NCBI GenBank assembly: GCA_022710585.1
Contig: JAKLGV010000015.1
Span: 5,623 to 69,622 of the forward strand
Direction: 5' to 3'
DNA length: 64,000 nt
Source: Deltaproteobacteria bacterium
GTDB taxonomy: Bacteria; Desulfobacterota; Syntrophia; Syntrophales; Smithellaceae
The notes below the pieces were generated by a model. That model made no database searches. It was not told where the DNA came from and was given only the letters and a program-made list of their open reading frames with translations. Shown piece after piece: positions 45,181 through 54,831 of the stretch (the stretch's first letter is position 1; each line of letters begins with the position of its first letter). The position numbers were made by a program, and so were the translations under genes.

Positions 45181-46563
45181 TTATTCTGCTTTACCCCTGC
45201 GCTGTTTCTGCCCTGTTTTTCCTTGAATGGATGATTGTCCGCTGTCCATATCATCAAGGACTCTGTAGAATGTTTGTCTTGCCTGTTCATCATTCAGGAT
45301 ACCTACGTGAGACTTATTGAATCCGTAAGTCCTGGTGGCCGCAAACTGGATTTTATGCTCCAACTGACTTTGCAGGGTAATGGTGCCGTCGCTGCTCTGG
45401 CCGGTTTCGTAGCCGAAGAAAAGATAAAAAGGAATTTTCCCGGCAGCCGATTCCCGATAGAGTTTTTCCAGAAAAGGACTGCCCGGTGCTACATCACGCC
45501 AGGCGTCCAACACGGCGGGTGCTTTTTCAATCGCTTTCTGCGCCGATTCCACACCTCCGTAAGGTGAATTAAAGGAAACGTATCCTTTCAAATAATCAGG
45601 CACGCCATTACGACATAATTCATTGAGCGCGGAAAGACTGACCAGACCGCCCATGCTGTGCGCCACGACGATAAAGCGCTTTGCACGGAAATATTGATTC
45701 TCCCGCAAAATGGTTATGATGTCGGAAAGGAATGAGCCCAGCTTTTGCAGAGGCATCCCTGATGGATAATAGTAGAACAACGGCTGATAGCGGGTCTTAT
45801 CAAGGCCGTCAACAAGATATTTGAAATCCCGCGGAGTGCCCGATACGCCGTGAACAAAAACAACGGTTGTTTTATCGGGATCGAATTTATCCAGGGAAAA
45901 CATAAAGCGTTGCGTATGGGCAAAAAATTTCTTGGTATCGTACATGCCCATCTCTCCGTAACGGGGATCAAAGAATTCATCATCCAGAGAAGCAAAGACG
46001 TAGTCCTGCTGTCTTACCTGAACCCTGACGGGAAGATCCGTTTTCGAAGGCTTCTGAACATCCAGGCTGAAGGTTGGTCCGTAGAAGGTCAGGCCGTCTT
46101 TGACTCCTTCTTTACTCACCTGGATAGATGATCCCGATGTCTGTCCGATCATCTCATAGGCGTCGAAATACCCGTTGCCGTCCAGATCCGCAAAAAAATT
46201 GAGGTCGTAATTACCTTCGGGAAGAAAGACCTGATAATAAAGGACCGGGGGAAGAAGAATCCTCTCCGCAACAATTTCCCGTTTCTTGAACATGTCGGTC
46301 ACGGCCACAACCAGCAGGGGTTTTTCATAGACCGTTCCCATCTTAACCGGCCCCGCGAGCAGATAATCATCGCCAACCTTGAGTTCTCTCAACAGTTTAG
46401 CCGTCGGATCTTCCTGAAATGCCGCTTTTGTTTCGCGTTTGCCCTTCCAGAAATCCATGTAATTGCCGACATGCGAACATCCGGCCAAAACCAACGCAGC
46501 AAGCGTGAACAGCATCCATTTGAATGATACTCGTTTTATGGCTTTTCCAAAAAATCTGGACAT
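45181..46563 (-). CDS. alpha/beta-hydrolase (lipase/PGAP1-like) lipoprotein, 460 aa
   Basis: Lipobox LVLAGCSH, VVFVHGVSGT and nucleophile elbow VVAHSMGG. Confidence 0.75.
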   Translation of the reverse strand: MSRFFGKAIKRVSFKWMLFTLAALVLAGCSHVGNYMDFWKGKRETKAAFQEDPTAKLLRELKVGDDYLLAGPVKMGTVYEKPLLVVAVTDMFKKREIVAERILLPPVLYYQVFLPEGNYDLNFFADLDGNGYFDAYEMIGQTSGSSIQVSKEGVKDGLTFYGPTFSLDVQKPSKTDLPVRVQVRQQDYVFASLDDEFFDPRYGEMGMYDTKKFFAHTQRFMFSLDKFDPDKTTVVFVHGVSGTPRDFKYLVDGLDKTRYQPLFYYYPSGMPLQKLGSFLSDIITILRENQYFRAKRFIVVAHSMGGLVSLSALNELCRNGVPDYLKGYVSFNSPYGGVESAQKAIEKAPAVLDAWRDVAPGSPFLEKLYRESAAGKIPFYLFFGYETGQSSDGTITLQSQLEHKIQFAATRTYGFNKSHVGILNDEQARQTFYRVLDDMDSGQSSIQGKTGQKQRRGKAE

Positions 46564-46591
46564 ATATCACCTCGTAAAAGTTTGTTATCTG

Positions 46592-47899
46592 CTACTTCAA
46601 CTCTGGGAGCTGTATGACCAGCGGACCCTTTACAGCCTCCATCACGTGTGACGCCGGCAGACCGTTCTCCAGCAGCGTGGTTATGGCCTTCAGATACTTC
46701 CTGATGTGCAGAAAAAACTTTCGATACCCTTCGCACAAGTAATGCAACCCCGGCTCGCCGGGAGGGCTTTTCAGAAAACGGTGTTTAGGACATCCTCCAC
46801 GGCAGGCCTTCAGGACCTCGCAATCCCGGCACCACTGCGGCAGTGCGGTCTCTTTCATAATGCCGAAGCCGGTGTGCAGGGACTTCTTTACCATGCCGGT
46901 CAGCGTATCATTAACGATGTTCCCGAGTTTATAAGGCTGATAGACAAAGTGGTCGCAGGCATAGACATCGCCGTTGTGCTCGATTACCACGGCACGGCCA
47001 CACTGCTGTGCATGAATGCAGACGGGCGAGGGATTGCCGATCCAGGCATTGAGCGCCCACTCGAAATTCATGACAAAAATGCTGCCCACGTCATGGCGCA
47101 CCCAGTCTTCATAAACACTGATGAGAAAGTCTCCGTATTCCTCCGGCAGCACGGTCCAATCAGTGACCTGCACCTGCTGTTCTTCCTCTTTGAGTGCGGC
47201 AGGCCCGGCTAGACGCAGGCCGCTGCGAATGCTTGTCTCATCGGGAAGGCGCTCGATCACCGGGGCAAACTGAATGAACTCGATCCCCTCGCTTTTAAAG
47301 AAGCTATACACATCGAGGGGTCTTTTGGCCGTTTCCCTGGCAACGCAGGCCAGCACATTGTATTCCACCCCGTGCTTCTGCAGCAGTTTCAGCCCCCGCA
47401 TCACGGCATCGAATGTTCCGTGACCCGCCCGGTCGCGGCGATAGGTATCGTGGATGTCTTTTGGCCCGTCAAGGCTGATGCCCACCATAAAGTTGTTCTT
47501 CTTGAGAAAGGCGCACCATTCATCGGTGAGGAGTGTACCGTTCGTCTGCAAAGCGTTTTTGATGGTTTTCTCTTTGGTGTATGGTTTCTGTTGCCTGACG
47601 ACCTGTTTGAAAAAATCAAGCCCCGCGAGAGTGGGTTCGCCGCCCTGCCAGACGAATTCCACCACCGGCGTGGGTTGGGATTTAACATAGTCTTTTACAA
47701 AGGCGGAAAGAACTTCGTCAGACATGCGGAAGTTCTCGTTCGGTCCAAACAACATCTTTTTCTCGAGGTAGAAGCAGTATTCACAGACAAGGTTGCACAC
47801 AGGCCCCATGGGCTTGGCCACGACATGGATGCCTTGCACGGGATTGTCCGTGCAGGCATCAGCCGTGACGTTCTCAGCGTTTATGGTTTCCCTCGCCAT
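46592..47899 (-). CDS. anaerobic sulfatase-maturating enzyme (radical SAM/SPASM, AtsB-like)
   Basis: CNLVCEYCFY radical SAM cluster and C-terminal SPASM cysteines (CRDCEVLKACRGGCPKHR). No signal peptide. Confidence 0.9.
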   Translation of the reverse strand: MARETINAENVTADACTDNPVQGIHVVAKPMGPVCNLVCEYCFYLEKKMLFGPNENFRMSDEVLSAFVKDYVKSQPTPVVEFVWQGGEPTLAGLDFFKQVVRQQKPYTKEKTIKNALQTNGTLLTDEWCAFLKKNNFMVGISLDGPKDIHDTYRRDRAGHGTFDAVMRGLKLLQKHGVEYNVLACVARETAKRPLDVYSFFKSEGIEFIQFAPVIERLPDETSIRSGLRLAGPAALKEEEQQVQVTDWTVLPEEYGDFLISVYEDWVRHDVGSIFVMNFEWALNAWIGNPSPVCIHAQQCGRAVVIEHNGDVYACDHFVYQPYKLGNIVNDTLTGMVKKSLHTGFGIMKETALPQWCRDCEVLKACRGGCPKHRFLKSPPGEPGLHYLCEGYRKFFLHIRKYLKAITTLLENGLPASHVMEAVKGPLVIQLPELK

Positions 47900-47906
47900 G
47901 ATTACC

Positions 47907-48908
47907 TTAAAACTCGCCTTTCAGCCGGTTCATGCCTTCAATAATCGGGTGCCAACCGAACACAAGTGAGACCATAAACATGTTCATGCGAAGGTCCTCG
48001 GGATCACTGTCATTAACGGTCGATTTATAGCCGAAGGTTAACCCAAGGTTGTCGTTGATCTGGTACCCCAGCGTGAGTCCTAAGCCGACACTATTGAGTT
48101 CCTCTCCCTCGACGCCGTTGATACTCGTCTTGCCGCCATAAAACCAGGTGCCATCAAGCGACCCCCAGAAGCTCTTGGTGAAATCGCGCGTCAAGTGCGC
48201 GTCCATCTGGAACTTCGGATCAGTCTTCATTGTCTGCCCGACAAAATCGTTGTTGTCTCCGTAGAGCCACAAAGAGGGCAGCAATTCCAGGGTTGTGCGC
48301 TGTCCCGGCACCCATAGGCCTAGCTGCCAGATGATGGGCATGCCTATACGTCCATACCAGCGATTCATCCCGATATTTAGTTGCTTATCGCTATCGTACT
48401 CTCCGATGGGCAGAGTGAGGTCGACGAGTAAGTCGACAGAAAACCCCGGTTGATAAAGCAGAATGTCAGGGATGTTCATCTGCGCCGGCGGACCGATAAG
48501 ATTAATGTCAAACTCGAGCATCGGGTCGCCGAATCCTTCGGCCGATTGTTTGGAGGTCTTGCCGTTCACGGTAACCTCGCCTGAGATTCGCCCCATGGGA
48601 ACGATGACCGCAGCAAAGGCCGCACGATTGAACAGAGGAAAGGTCTTCGCATAACCCATTAGGGCCATCGTCGCTTCAAAGTCCGCATTCGCTGTCACGG
48701 TATCAGCAGGATCAAATGGATTCGTATTGCCGCTTATAGATTCGAAGATAAGCGGTACCCCATTTCCACCCGACAGACTCTTCCAGTAAAAACGCGGCGG
48801 GAGTTGGGCCAGAGACTGCGGCGGGCAGAATGCTTCCACGGCCAGCACCGCGATGACAACCAACCACAACCGGACTACCGATTTCATCAGAATTCTTTTA
48901 TTTTTCAT
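47907..48908 (-). CDS. outer-membrane beta-barrel protein (MetA-pathway/'transporter' family-like)
   Basis: The start is set at ATG 48908 (signal MKNKRILMKSVVRLWLVVIAVLAVEA...). Strand-rich, with FGDPMLEF and FGWHP motifs. The family call comes from memory of Phenol_MetA_deg-type proteins. Confidence 0.55.
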   Translation of the reverse strand: MKNKRILMKSVVRLWLVVIAVLAVEAFCPPQSLAQLPPRFYWKSLSGGNGVPLIFESISGNTNPFDPADTVTANADFEATMALMGYAKTFPLFNRAAFAAVIVPMGRISGEVTVNGKTSKQSAEGFGDPMLEFDINLIGPPAQMNIPDILLYQPGFSVDLLVDLTLPIGEYDSDKQLNIGMNRWYGRIGMPIIWQLGLWVPGQRTTLELLPSLWLYGDNNDFVGQTMKTDPKFQMDAHLTRDFTKSFWGSLDGTWFYGGKTSINGVEGEELNSVGLGLTLGYQINDNLGLTFGYKSTVNDSDPEDLRMNMFMVSLVFGWHPIIEGMNRLKGEF

Positions 48909-48961
48909 AATGTGTCCATCCTTCCATATAGATTTATGTTTTATTCTTGCATCTGCAGCGC

Positions 48962-50854
48962 TCAAGGTTTGGGATCAGCCATCATATCCTTCGGCGGCTC
49001 GAACTGCTTATTGTAGATCAGCGGCGGGAAGCCCGGATAAACCGTAACCCGTTGCGGCATGTCCTTTTCCATGGTATCGAATAGGGTACGATTGGGCAGG
49101 ATCACGTTGTTCGTCCGGACATATTGATCCCAGAGAACGACCAGCTCCTTAAGCTTGTCGGGGCGTTCTTGGGCGAGGTCCTTTCGCTCGGTGGGATCCG
49201 CCGCGAGATTGAAGAGCTCCCAGTCGCTCTTGCCGAACGGCTTGATCTGCCAGCGCAGCTTCCAGTCGCCCTGCCGCACCGCGCGGTTGCCGAAGACCTC
49301 CCAGGCGAGGTGATCATCCTTGGTTCGAGGAGAATCCGTCTGGCCGGCCAGCATCGGAACCCAGGATTTGCCGTAGAGCGGGGGCACCTCGTGACCCTGG
49401 TACGTCTTAGGATAGCTGGTACCGGCGACTTCAAGCAGCGTCGGCATCAGATCGGCCACATGCATCACCCCGTGGTTGATGCTCCCCTTGGTCCGTTTGA
49501 CGACCGGGCCACTGACTAGGAGAGCGTTGTGGATGCCGCCCTCGGCCAGCCAGCCCTTGTACTGGCTGAAGGGGGTCATCGAGACCTGCGCCCACATCGG
49601 GCCATAGCCGACCCAGGTGCCCGGCTCGCCCCACGCATTGGGATGGGTCCAAGACCAGTGGATCGCCGCGAAGAGGTTGTCGCGCGAACCCTGGGCACCC
49701 GCGATCATCCCGAAAAGGTCGGTGCCCTCGGCGCCATTGTCGCCGAAGCAGATGAAGATCGTGTTCTCGTATTCACCGATTTCCTTGAGGTGGTCGATAA
49801 GCCTGCCGACGTGGAAGTCCATGTTCTCCACCATGCCGGCGTAGAGTTCCATCTTCTTGCCGAGTATGTAGAGGGGTGCGGGGGCAAGCACGATCGGATC
49901 GGGAATAAACCACATCCGTTCAGCAAGTTCCGTGTCCGGCGGCATGATGCCCATTTCCTTCTGGCGCTTAAGCCTCTCGGCCCTTACCGCATCCCAGCCC
50001 TTGTCATATTCTCTAGGGTGCCGGTTGCGCCAGTCCCTCGGCAGGTGGTACGGGTCGTGCGGCGCCTGATGCGCCACGTAGGCAAAGAAGGGCTTGCCGT
50101 CGCCGCGGTTGGCGTCAATGTATCCGATCAGCTTGTCGGTATAAGTCTTTGTTGCGTAATAGTCCTTGGGAAGCTTCGTCAGGTAGCGGCCATCCTCGGT
50201 GAAGAGCGAATTCGGCGACACGGCGCTGGCGCTCTTCATGTCCCAGTAGCTGCCGCCGCCGTCGAGCAGCGAGAAGTCACGCTCGAAGCCGCGTGCGCGC
50301 GCTATCTGGTCAGGTTTCTTGCCCATGTGCCACTTGCCCGCCATGTAGGTGTGATAGCCGGCATCCTTGAGGAGCTGGGGTAGCGTGACGACACGGTTGT
50401 TGAGGTTGCCCTCGTAGCCGTCCACGCCGCGCTGGTTGGGCGCGATCATCTCGTTCATGTTACCCAGGCCATTGAGGTGGGTATCAACACCGGAAAGCAG
50501 CATAGATCGCGTGGGTGAAGAGCTCGCGTGCGTGTAGAAGTTTGTGAAGCGCACGCCATCCTTGGCCAGCGAGTCAAGGTTCGGCGTTTTGATTTCGCTG
50601 CCGAACGAGCCCATGTCGGAAAATCCCATGTCATCAGCGAGAATGATGACGATGTTCGGACGTCTTGCGGGCGACTTTCCCTCAAACCGCTCCGGCGGTG
50701 CGGCGTTCCTGACATCAGACACATTAATTTTCTTAGTCTGAGGCTCCGGAATCGGAAGTGAGTTCCGATCCTGTTCCGTCTGCGCTGCGGCTGTGGCGAT
50801 GCAGGCCGTGCCCAGTGCCAGACCTAACACGCTATATGCCATTTTCTTCTTCAT
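48962..50854 (-). CDS. periplasmic arylsulfatase-family enzyme, Ser-type
   Basis: Signal peptide ...ATAAAQ. IVIILADDMGFSD. The FGly motif is S-S-P-T-R (Ser112, nt 50519..50521) rather than C-x-P-x-R. GKWHMG is present. Confidence 0.9.
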   Translation of the reverse strand: MKKKMAYSVLGLALGTACIATAAAQTEQDRNSLPIPEPQTKKINVSDVRNAAPPERFEGKSPARRPNIVIILADDMGFSDMGSFGSEIKTPNLDSLAKDGVRFTNFYTHASSSPTRSMLLSGVDTHLNGLGNMNEMIAPNQRGVDGYEGNLNNRVVTLPQLLKDAGYHTYMAGKWHMGKKPDQIARARGFERDFSLLDGGGSYWDMKSASAVSPNSLFTEDGRYLTKLPKDYYATKTYTDKLIGYIDANRGDGKPFFAYVAHQAPHDPYHLPRDWRNRHPREYDKGWDAVRAERLKRQKEMGIMPPDTELAERMWFIPDPIVLAPAPLYILGKKMELYAGMVENMDFHVGRLIDHLKEIGEYENTIFICFGDNGAEGTDLFGMIAGAQGSRDNLFAAIHWSWTHPNAWGEPGTWVGYGPMWAQVSMTPFSQYKGWLAEGGIHNALLVSGPVVKRTKGSINHGVMHVADLMPTLLEVAGTSYPKTYQGHEVPPLYGKSWVPMLAGQTDSPRTKDDHLAWEVFGNRAVRQGDWKLRWQIKPFGKSDWELFNLAADPTERKDLAQERPDKLKELVVLWDQYVRTNNVILPNRTLFDTMEKDMPQRVTVYPGFPPLIYNKQFEPPKDMMADPKP

Positions 50855-51033
50855 AGTATTCCTCCTATTGTATACAATGTTTTATCCTAGCCTTGGTAAT
50901 CTTCAGGACAACCTCTTCGCCGACCTTTACGGCGCAGGGACTCACTGAGCCGAGTCATCCATTTTCTGGAAATATTCATACCAATGTCATTATGCGTATC
51001 CTTTTGTTCAGTCAAAAAATGTCCAGATTCATT

Positions 51034-51471
51034 TCATTTGACACGTAAAAATTCAACGTTATAAGTTTCCCCCTGCATCGCCTGAAAGTATGTCCCTGTC
51101 AGCTTGTCCCGCCTTGAGTCATACTGCAGGCTGTATGTTGATCCCGGATAGTTAACGTCGCGAAGTTCTACAAACACCGTCAACTCATTACCCCTGCGCT
51201 TAAGTTCAGCCCTGGAGACGTTAATCGGCCTCGGGTTGAAATAAGCCGCCTTCAGAGCGCCGCCTTTCTCTAACTGCTTCAATTCGAGAAGATAGTCTCC
51301 GTCGGGCCGTTGCCACTTCCCTTTCAGAAGCTTAAAGTCCGACAGCGTAACTTTCCCGGTTCCACTGGTGTTCTGTGCAGCAGAATGTGATGAAACACTG
51401 AAGAATATAATGACCGAGAAAAGCGTTGCCCACATGAGAGCCGACTCCCTTAATCTCCATAATGTCATCAT
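51034..51471 (-). CDS. hypothetical exported protein
   Basis: N-terminal hydrophobic signal (...FFSVSSHSAAQ). No recognised domain. Confidence 0.5.
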   Translation of the reverse strand: MMTLWRLRESALMWATLFSVIIFFSVSSHSAAQNTSGTGKVTLSDFKLLKGKWQRPDGDYLLELKQLEKGGALKAAYFNPRPINVSRAELKRRGNELTVFVELRDVNYPGSTYSLQYDSRRDKLTGTYFQAMQGETYNVEFLRVK

Positions 51472-51616
51472 TACACCTCTCTTCCCTGATGTTTGGCTGC
51501 CTTCCTACCCTAAGACGGTGTTCATATGAATTTCGTCTGACATCAACATTCCTGTCAAGGCCTTCGCTGCAACAATAACAGATCATACCAATGGTACCCG
51601 CTCAAGGCCAATAATT

Positions 51617-52375
51617 CTAAAAGAGAACGCCGACACCGACCGTCAATCCGGAAAATCTTACATTCAGTTCGTTGTCCTCATTGTTATCCCCTTCGAACTT
51701 ATATCCCACTGTGCGATAGCCTAAGCGCATAGCTATTGTATCCGTGAACTTGTATTGAATCTGCGGGAATAGTTCATAGACGAGTTCGGAATCGCCGCCG
51801 CCACCGATGGCTAAGGTCGGATTAAACACCAGTCCTTTGATCATCGAAGGAAGTATGGGGATGCAGGGCCTGACAACGAACATGGGATCAACTAAGTCAT
51901 AGCTTTTACTCCTTTTGCCAAAACCATGCACGTCCAGATCGTTTTCCATATTCAAAATTCGCACGCCCACCATCAGGTCGAATGTCTGACCTTCGTAAAA
52001 ACCGTCAATCTGGTATCCCACGGCCGTCTCATTGATCATGACATCAGAATCGAAATCCACACGTGCCGGTTGGTCTTTAGCGTCTAACTCATCGGTGCTC
52101 AACGACATATAGTCAAACTGATGCCAGAAGAGGAACCGGTTGTACTGAATCACGCCGAGAAATGATCCCGCAAATTCAGCGGCGTCAAAGACATCGCTGG
52201 CCGACCTGTCGAAATCATATTCTTCGCCATTGACCGTCACATCGCCCTCAACCCCGACATACCAAAGATACGGCATGAGTTCGAACTTCCAACCTTTCGG
52301 CTCAGCCGCAAAACTCGTTGCGCCAAAGGTTAACAACAACAGTGCAATGAGGAAACTCCCCATAATCTTTTTCAT
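51617..52375 (-). CDS. outer-membrane beta-barrel protein
   Basis: Signal peptide ...ATSFA/AEP, alternating strands and a terminal GVGVLF. Confidence 0.65.
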   Translation of the reverse strand: MKKIMGSFLIALLLLTFGATSFAAEPKGWKFELMPYLWYVGVEGDVTVNGEEYDFDRSASDVFDAAEFAGSFLGVIQYNRFLFWHQFDYMSLSTDELDAKDQPARVDFDSDVMINETAVGYQIDGFYEGQTFDLMVGVRILNMENDLDVHGFGKRSKSYDLVDPMFVVRPCIPILPSMIKGLVFNPTLAIGGGGDSELVYELFPQIQYKFTDTIAMRLGYRTVGYKFEGDNNEDNELNVRFSGLTVGVGVLF

Positions 52376-52456
52376 GTCTCTTTCTCCTTTTTTAAATATA
52401 ATTTATTTTTATCAACCATCAGTTATTACACTCAGGATTCGTTAACTCAATTATCC

Positions 52457-54751
52457 TTAACGACGACCACGACCACCACGGCCTCCTCTGCCGCCGAAGC
52501 TTCTTGAGCTGCTTCCCGAACTGCCCGAACTGAACGACCGTTGATACTCCTGCGAACGCTGGTAGGTCTGCTGACCCCGCTGCCGGTTTTGCGCCTCCTG
52601 CTGAACCCGCTGCATCTGTTCGCTTCCGCCTGCACGCACCTGAGATGATTCACGCTGCTGTGCCTTAGACTGGTATTGCTGCTGTGCGGATTGCCGCGAT
52701 TCACTCGCCGAGGCAGGCTTCTGGACACTGTTCCAGCTTCCGTCTTCATATTTCTGCCAGCCGGAACCTGTGTTCTTATAAACATTGCCGTCATGAGCGG
52801 CATACATATCGCCGCTCCCCGTCTTGCCCTTGACGGTCGTACCGTGATCGGTAGACACACCGACAGCCTTCCCGCCAGTGGACGTCCGCACGGAACCAAC
52901 CGTCCCCCGGTCATCAGAATAATGCCGCGTGTAAGCGCTCTCTCCTCCCTTCCTGACCACGGAACTGCCCCACGAGGCGTATTCGTTGGAGCGCTGCCTG
53001 GTGGCTGCTGACGCCCCTGTGTAGGGATTGTAGGCCCGTCCCGCTGCTGCGCTGCCATAGGGCGTGGAAACCGAGGCGGTCCGCGCATACGTCCCTGTGT
53101 AAGGATTATAAGAAGCTATTCTCGTTGCCGAGCTGTAAGGACCGTACGCCGTATGGGAGACGCCATAGGCCCCCGTGGGTGAATGGTAATGAGCCATATA
53201 ACCGTAGGTGTATGGCGTCGGATAGTACACCGGATGATGATAGACGGGATGAACAACAACGTAGGGTGGATAATAATATCCTGTACCACCCGCGATAATG
53301 ACGCCGGTGGCCACACCGATGATGAATGCGCCCGTGTATCCTGCCGTGTAGCTAGCCTGAACATAGCCGTCAGACGTCGTCACCTGGGTCACATAGGTAA
53401 CGTTGTAAACCGGTGAACTGGGCGGAATGGTATAGATGACCTGAGGAACGGAAGGGGCTGTCTGCCAGGGCCCATTCGGATTTGAGGAAACGAACCAGAT
53501 CCCCTGATAACAGAGGTAGTAGAGATTGTCCGCTTTAATCACGGTCTGCTGTGTATTCTTGATGTAATAAAGCTGTGTCCCTTCTATGCGAACAAGTTGC
53601 GGTTCACCGACGTAAACGACCTTGACCGTTTTAGCCGCCTCAGCCGGATTGACAATCACGGTTGTCGGAACCTGCGCCAGGAGAACGGCATCCTTGGCTT
53701 CTTCAGTACCCGGAACGGAGGCGCGCACCTGGCCGGCAGGGCTTGACGGGGGAATATGGGCAAAATCGGCAGGCAGGTTGGGTGTCGCAAATCTCCATGG
53801 CCCGGCCAGACTGCCGGAGCTGAACCAGCGGCCCGCCGTCAGGAAGTAATAGGTGTTTGTTGCCGTATGAAAAAAAACATAGTTGATCGTATTGGTCGCG
53901 TATTTGAGCCTGGTTCCCGGAATTTGCGCATAGGCAGGCTGTCCGTTAAAGAGAATCATCTCGGCCGGACTGGTGCTGTAAAAAACAGCAGGAACCGTGG
54001 CATTTGCCTTTACGGGAGGAGGAATGAATTTCTTCAGGTGTGACCATTCCGGACTCCTGGCCAACTGGTTCATCGCGTTGGGCAGTTTCTTCGCCAATGT
54101 CCATGGTCCCTGCAGGGCCGCCGCCGTCAGCCACTGTTCGCCGGCCAGCAGATAAAACATCGACGTTTGCGGATCGATAAACAGCGGCCAGCGCGTATTG
54201 ATGACGTATTGGAGCTGTCCGTTGAGGATGGAGGCCTGCACCGGCTGTCCATCGACATCCAGAAGGATGGCAGGCTTATAACTGACATAAATAACCGGCG
54301 GATCATTCTTCAGTTGTACGCCGGGCATCGACTCCGGCTTCGGGATGCTGGCCACAAGCTGATGCAAACCAATCGTGACGGCGGGAGGCATGAATTTCCT
54401 GACCAGTTGATCCATCTTTGCCGCGTTTGTTGGATCCAGAGAAGGGAATTTGGTTTCCTTGATCCTGAGGTTATCAATCAATACCGTTTTTCGATCATTA
54501 TCGACGGTTGTCCGACCGCGCATTTCCACAATACCCACGGCCGGTTTCCCGCCTTTGGGCGTAATAGAAATGGCCATTCTCCAATCAAGTTCCTGGAAAT
54601 CTTTCCAGTTATCAACCTGGGGCTGGTATATGATTAACGTGTTCCCGTTTTCATTACGCAGACGCGGCCAGCCGTTATCTTGCGCTATACTCGCCATCGA
54701 TGATAACAGGACCAATATCAAAGAAGCGATGATGCATTTAATAATCTTCAT
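52457..54751 (-). CDS. exported repeat protein with a Tyr/Pro-rich and Gln/Arg/Ser-rich C-terminus ending in an RGG box
   Basis: The start is set at ATG 54751 (RBS GGAAGGAG). Signal ...SSMASIAQ. Three modules of about 75 aa each end in GPW (GPWTLAKKLP, GPWRFATPNLP, GPWQTAPSVP). A hydrophobic GAFIIGVATGVIIAGG segment, YYPPYVVVHPVYHHPVYYPTPYTYGY, and the tail GGRGGRGGRGRR. Confidence 0.7.
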   Translation of the reverse strand: MKIIKCIIASLILVLLSSMASIAQDNGWPRLRNENGNTLIIYQPQVDNWKDFQELDWRMAISITPKGGKPAVGIVEMRGRTTVDNDRKTVLIDNLRIKETKFPSLDPTNAAKMDQLVRKFMPPAVTIGLHQLVASIPKPESMPGVQLKNDPPVIYVSYKPAILLDVDGQPVQASILNGQLQYVINTRWPLFIDPQTSMFYLLAGEQWLTAAALQGPWTLAKKLPNAMNQLARSPEWSHLKKFIPPPVKANATVPAVFYSTSPAEMILFNGQPAYAQIPGTRLKYATNTINYVFFHTATNTYYFLTAGRWFSSGSLAGPWRFATPNLPADFAHIPPSSPAGQVRASVPGTEEAKDAVLLAQVPTTVIVNPAEAAKTVKVVYVGEPQLVRIEGTQLYYIKNTQQTVIKADNLYYLCYQGIWFVSSNPNGPWQTAPSVPQVIYTIPPSSPVYNVTYVTQVTTSDGYVQASYTAGYTGAFIIGVATGVIIAGGTGYYYPPYVVVHPVYHHPVYYPTPYTYGYMAHYHSPTGAYGVSHTAYGPYSSATRIASYNPYTGTYARTASVSTPYGSAAAGRAYNPYTGASAATRQRSNEYASWGSSVVRKGGESAYTRHYSDDRGTVGSVRTSTGGKAVGVSTDHGTTVKGKTGSGDMYAAHDGNVYKNTGSGWQKYEDGSWNSVQKPASASESRQSAQQQYQSKAQQRESSQVRAGGSEQMQRVQQEAQNRQRGQQTYQRSQEYQRSFSSGSSGSSSRSFGGRGGRGGRGRR

Positions 54752-54831
54752 ATTTCTTCTCCTTCCCCAAAACATCAAAAAACTTTTTTACAAGCCATCG
54801 TTAAATACTGTTTAACGATCGGACGACCCGG

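Noticed and set aside
52447-53088. 213-aa alternative-frame ORF overlapping the 3' end of the 773-aa gene.
   Set aside because: It is on the same strand in a shifted frame, within the low-complexity Tyr/Pro/Gly/Arg-coding tract. It has no independent start signal, and the main frame is continuous with the N-terminal repeat domain.
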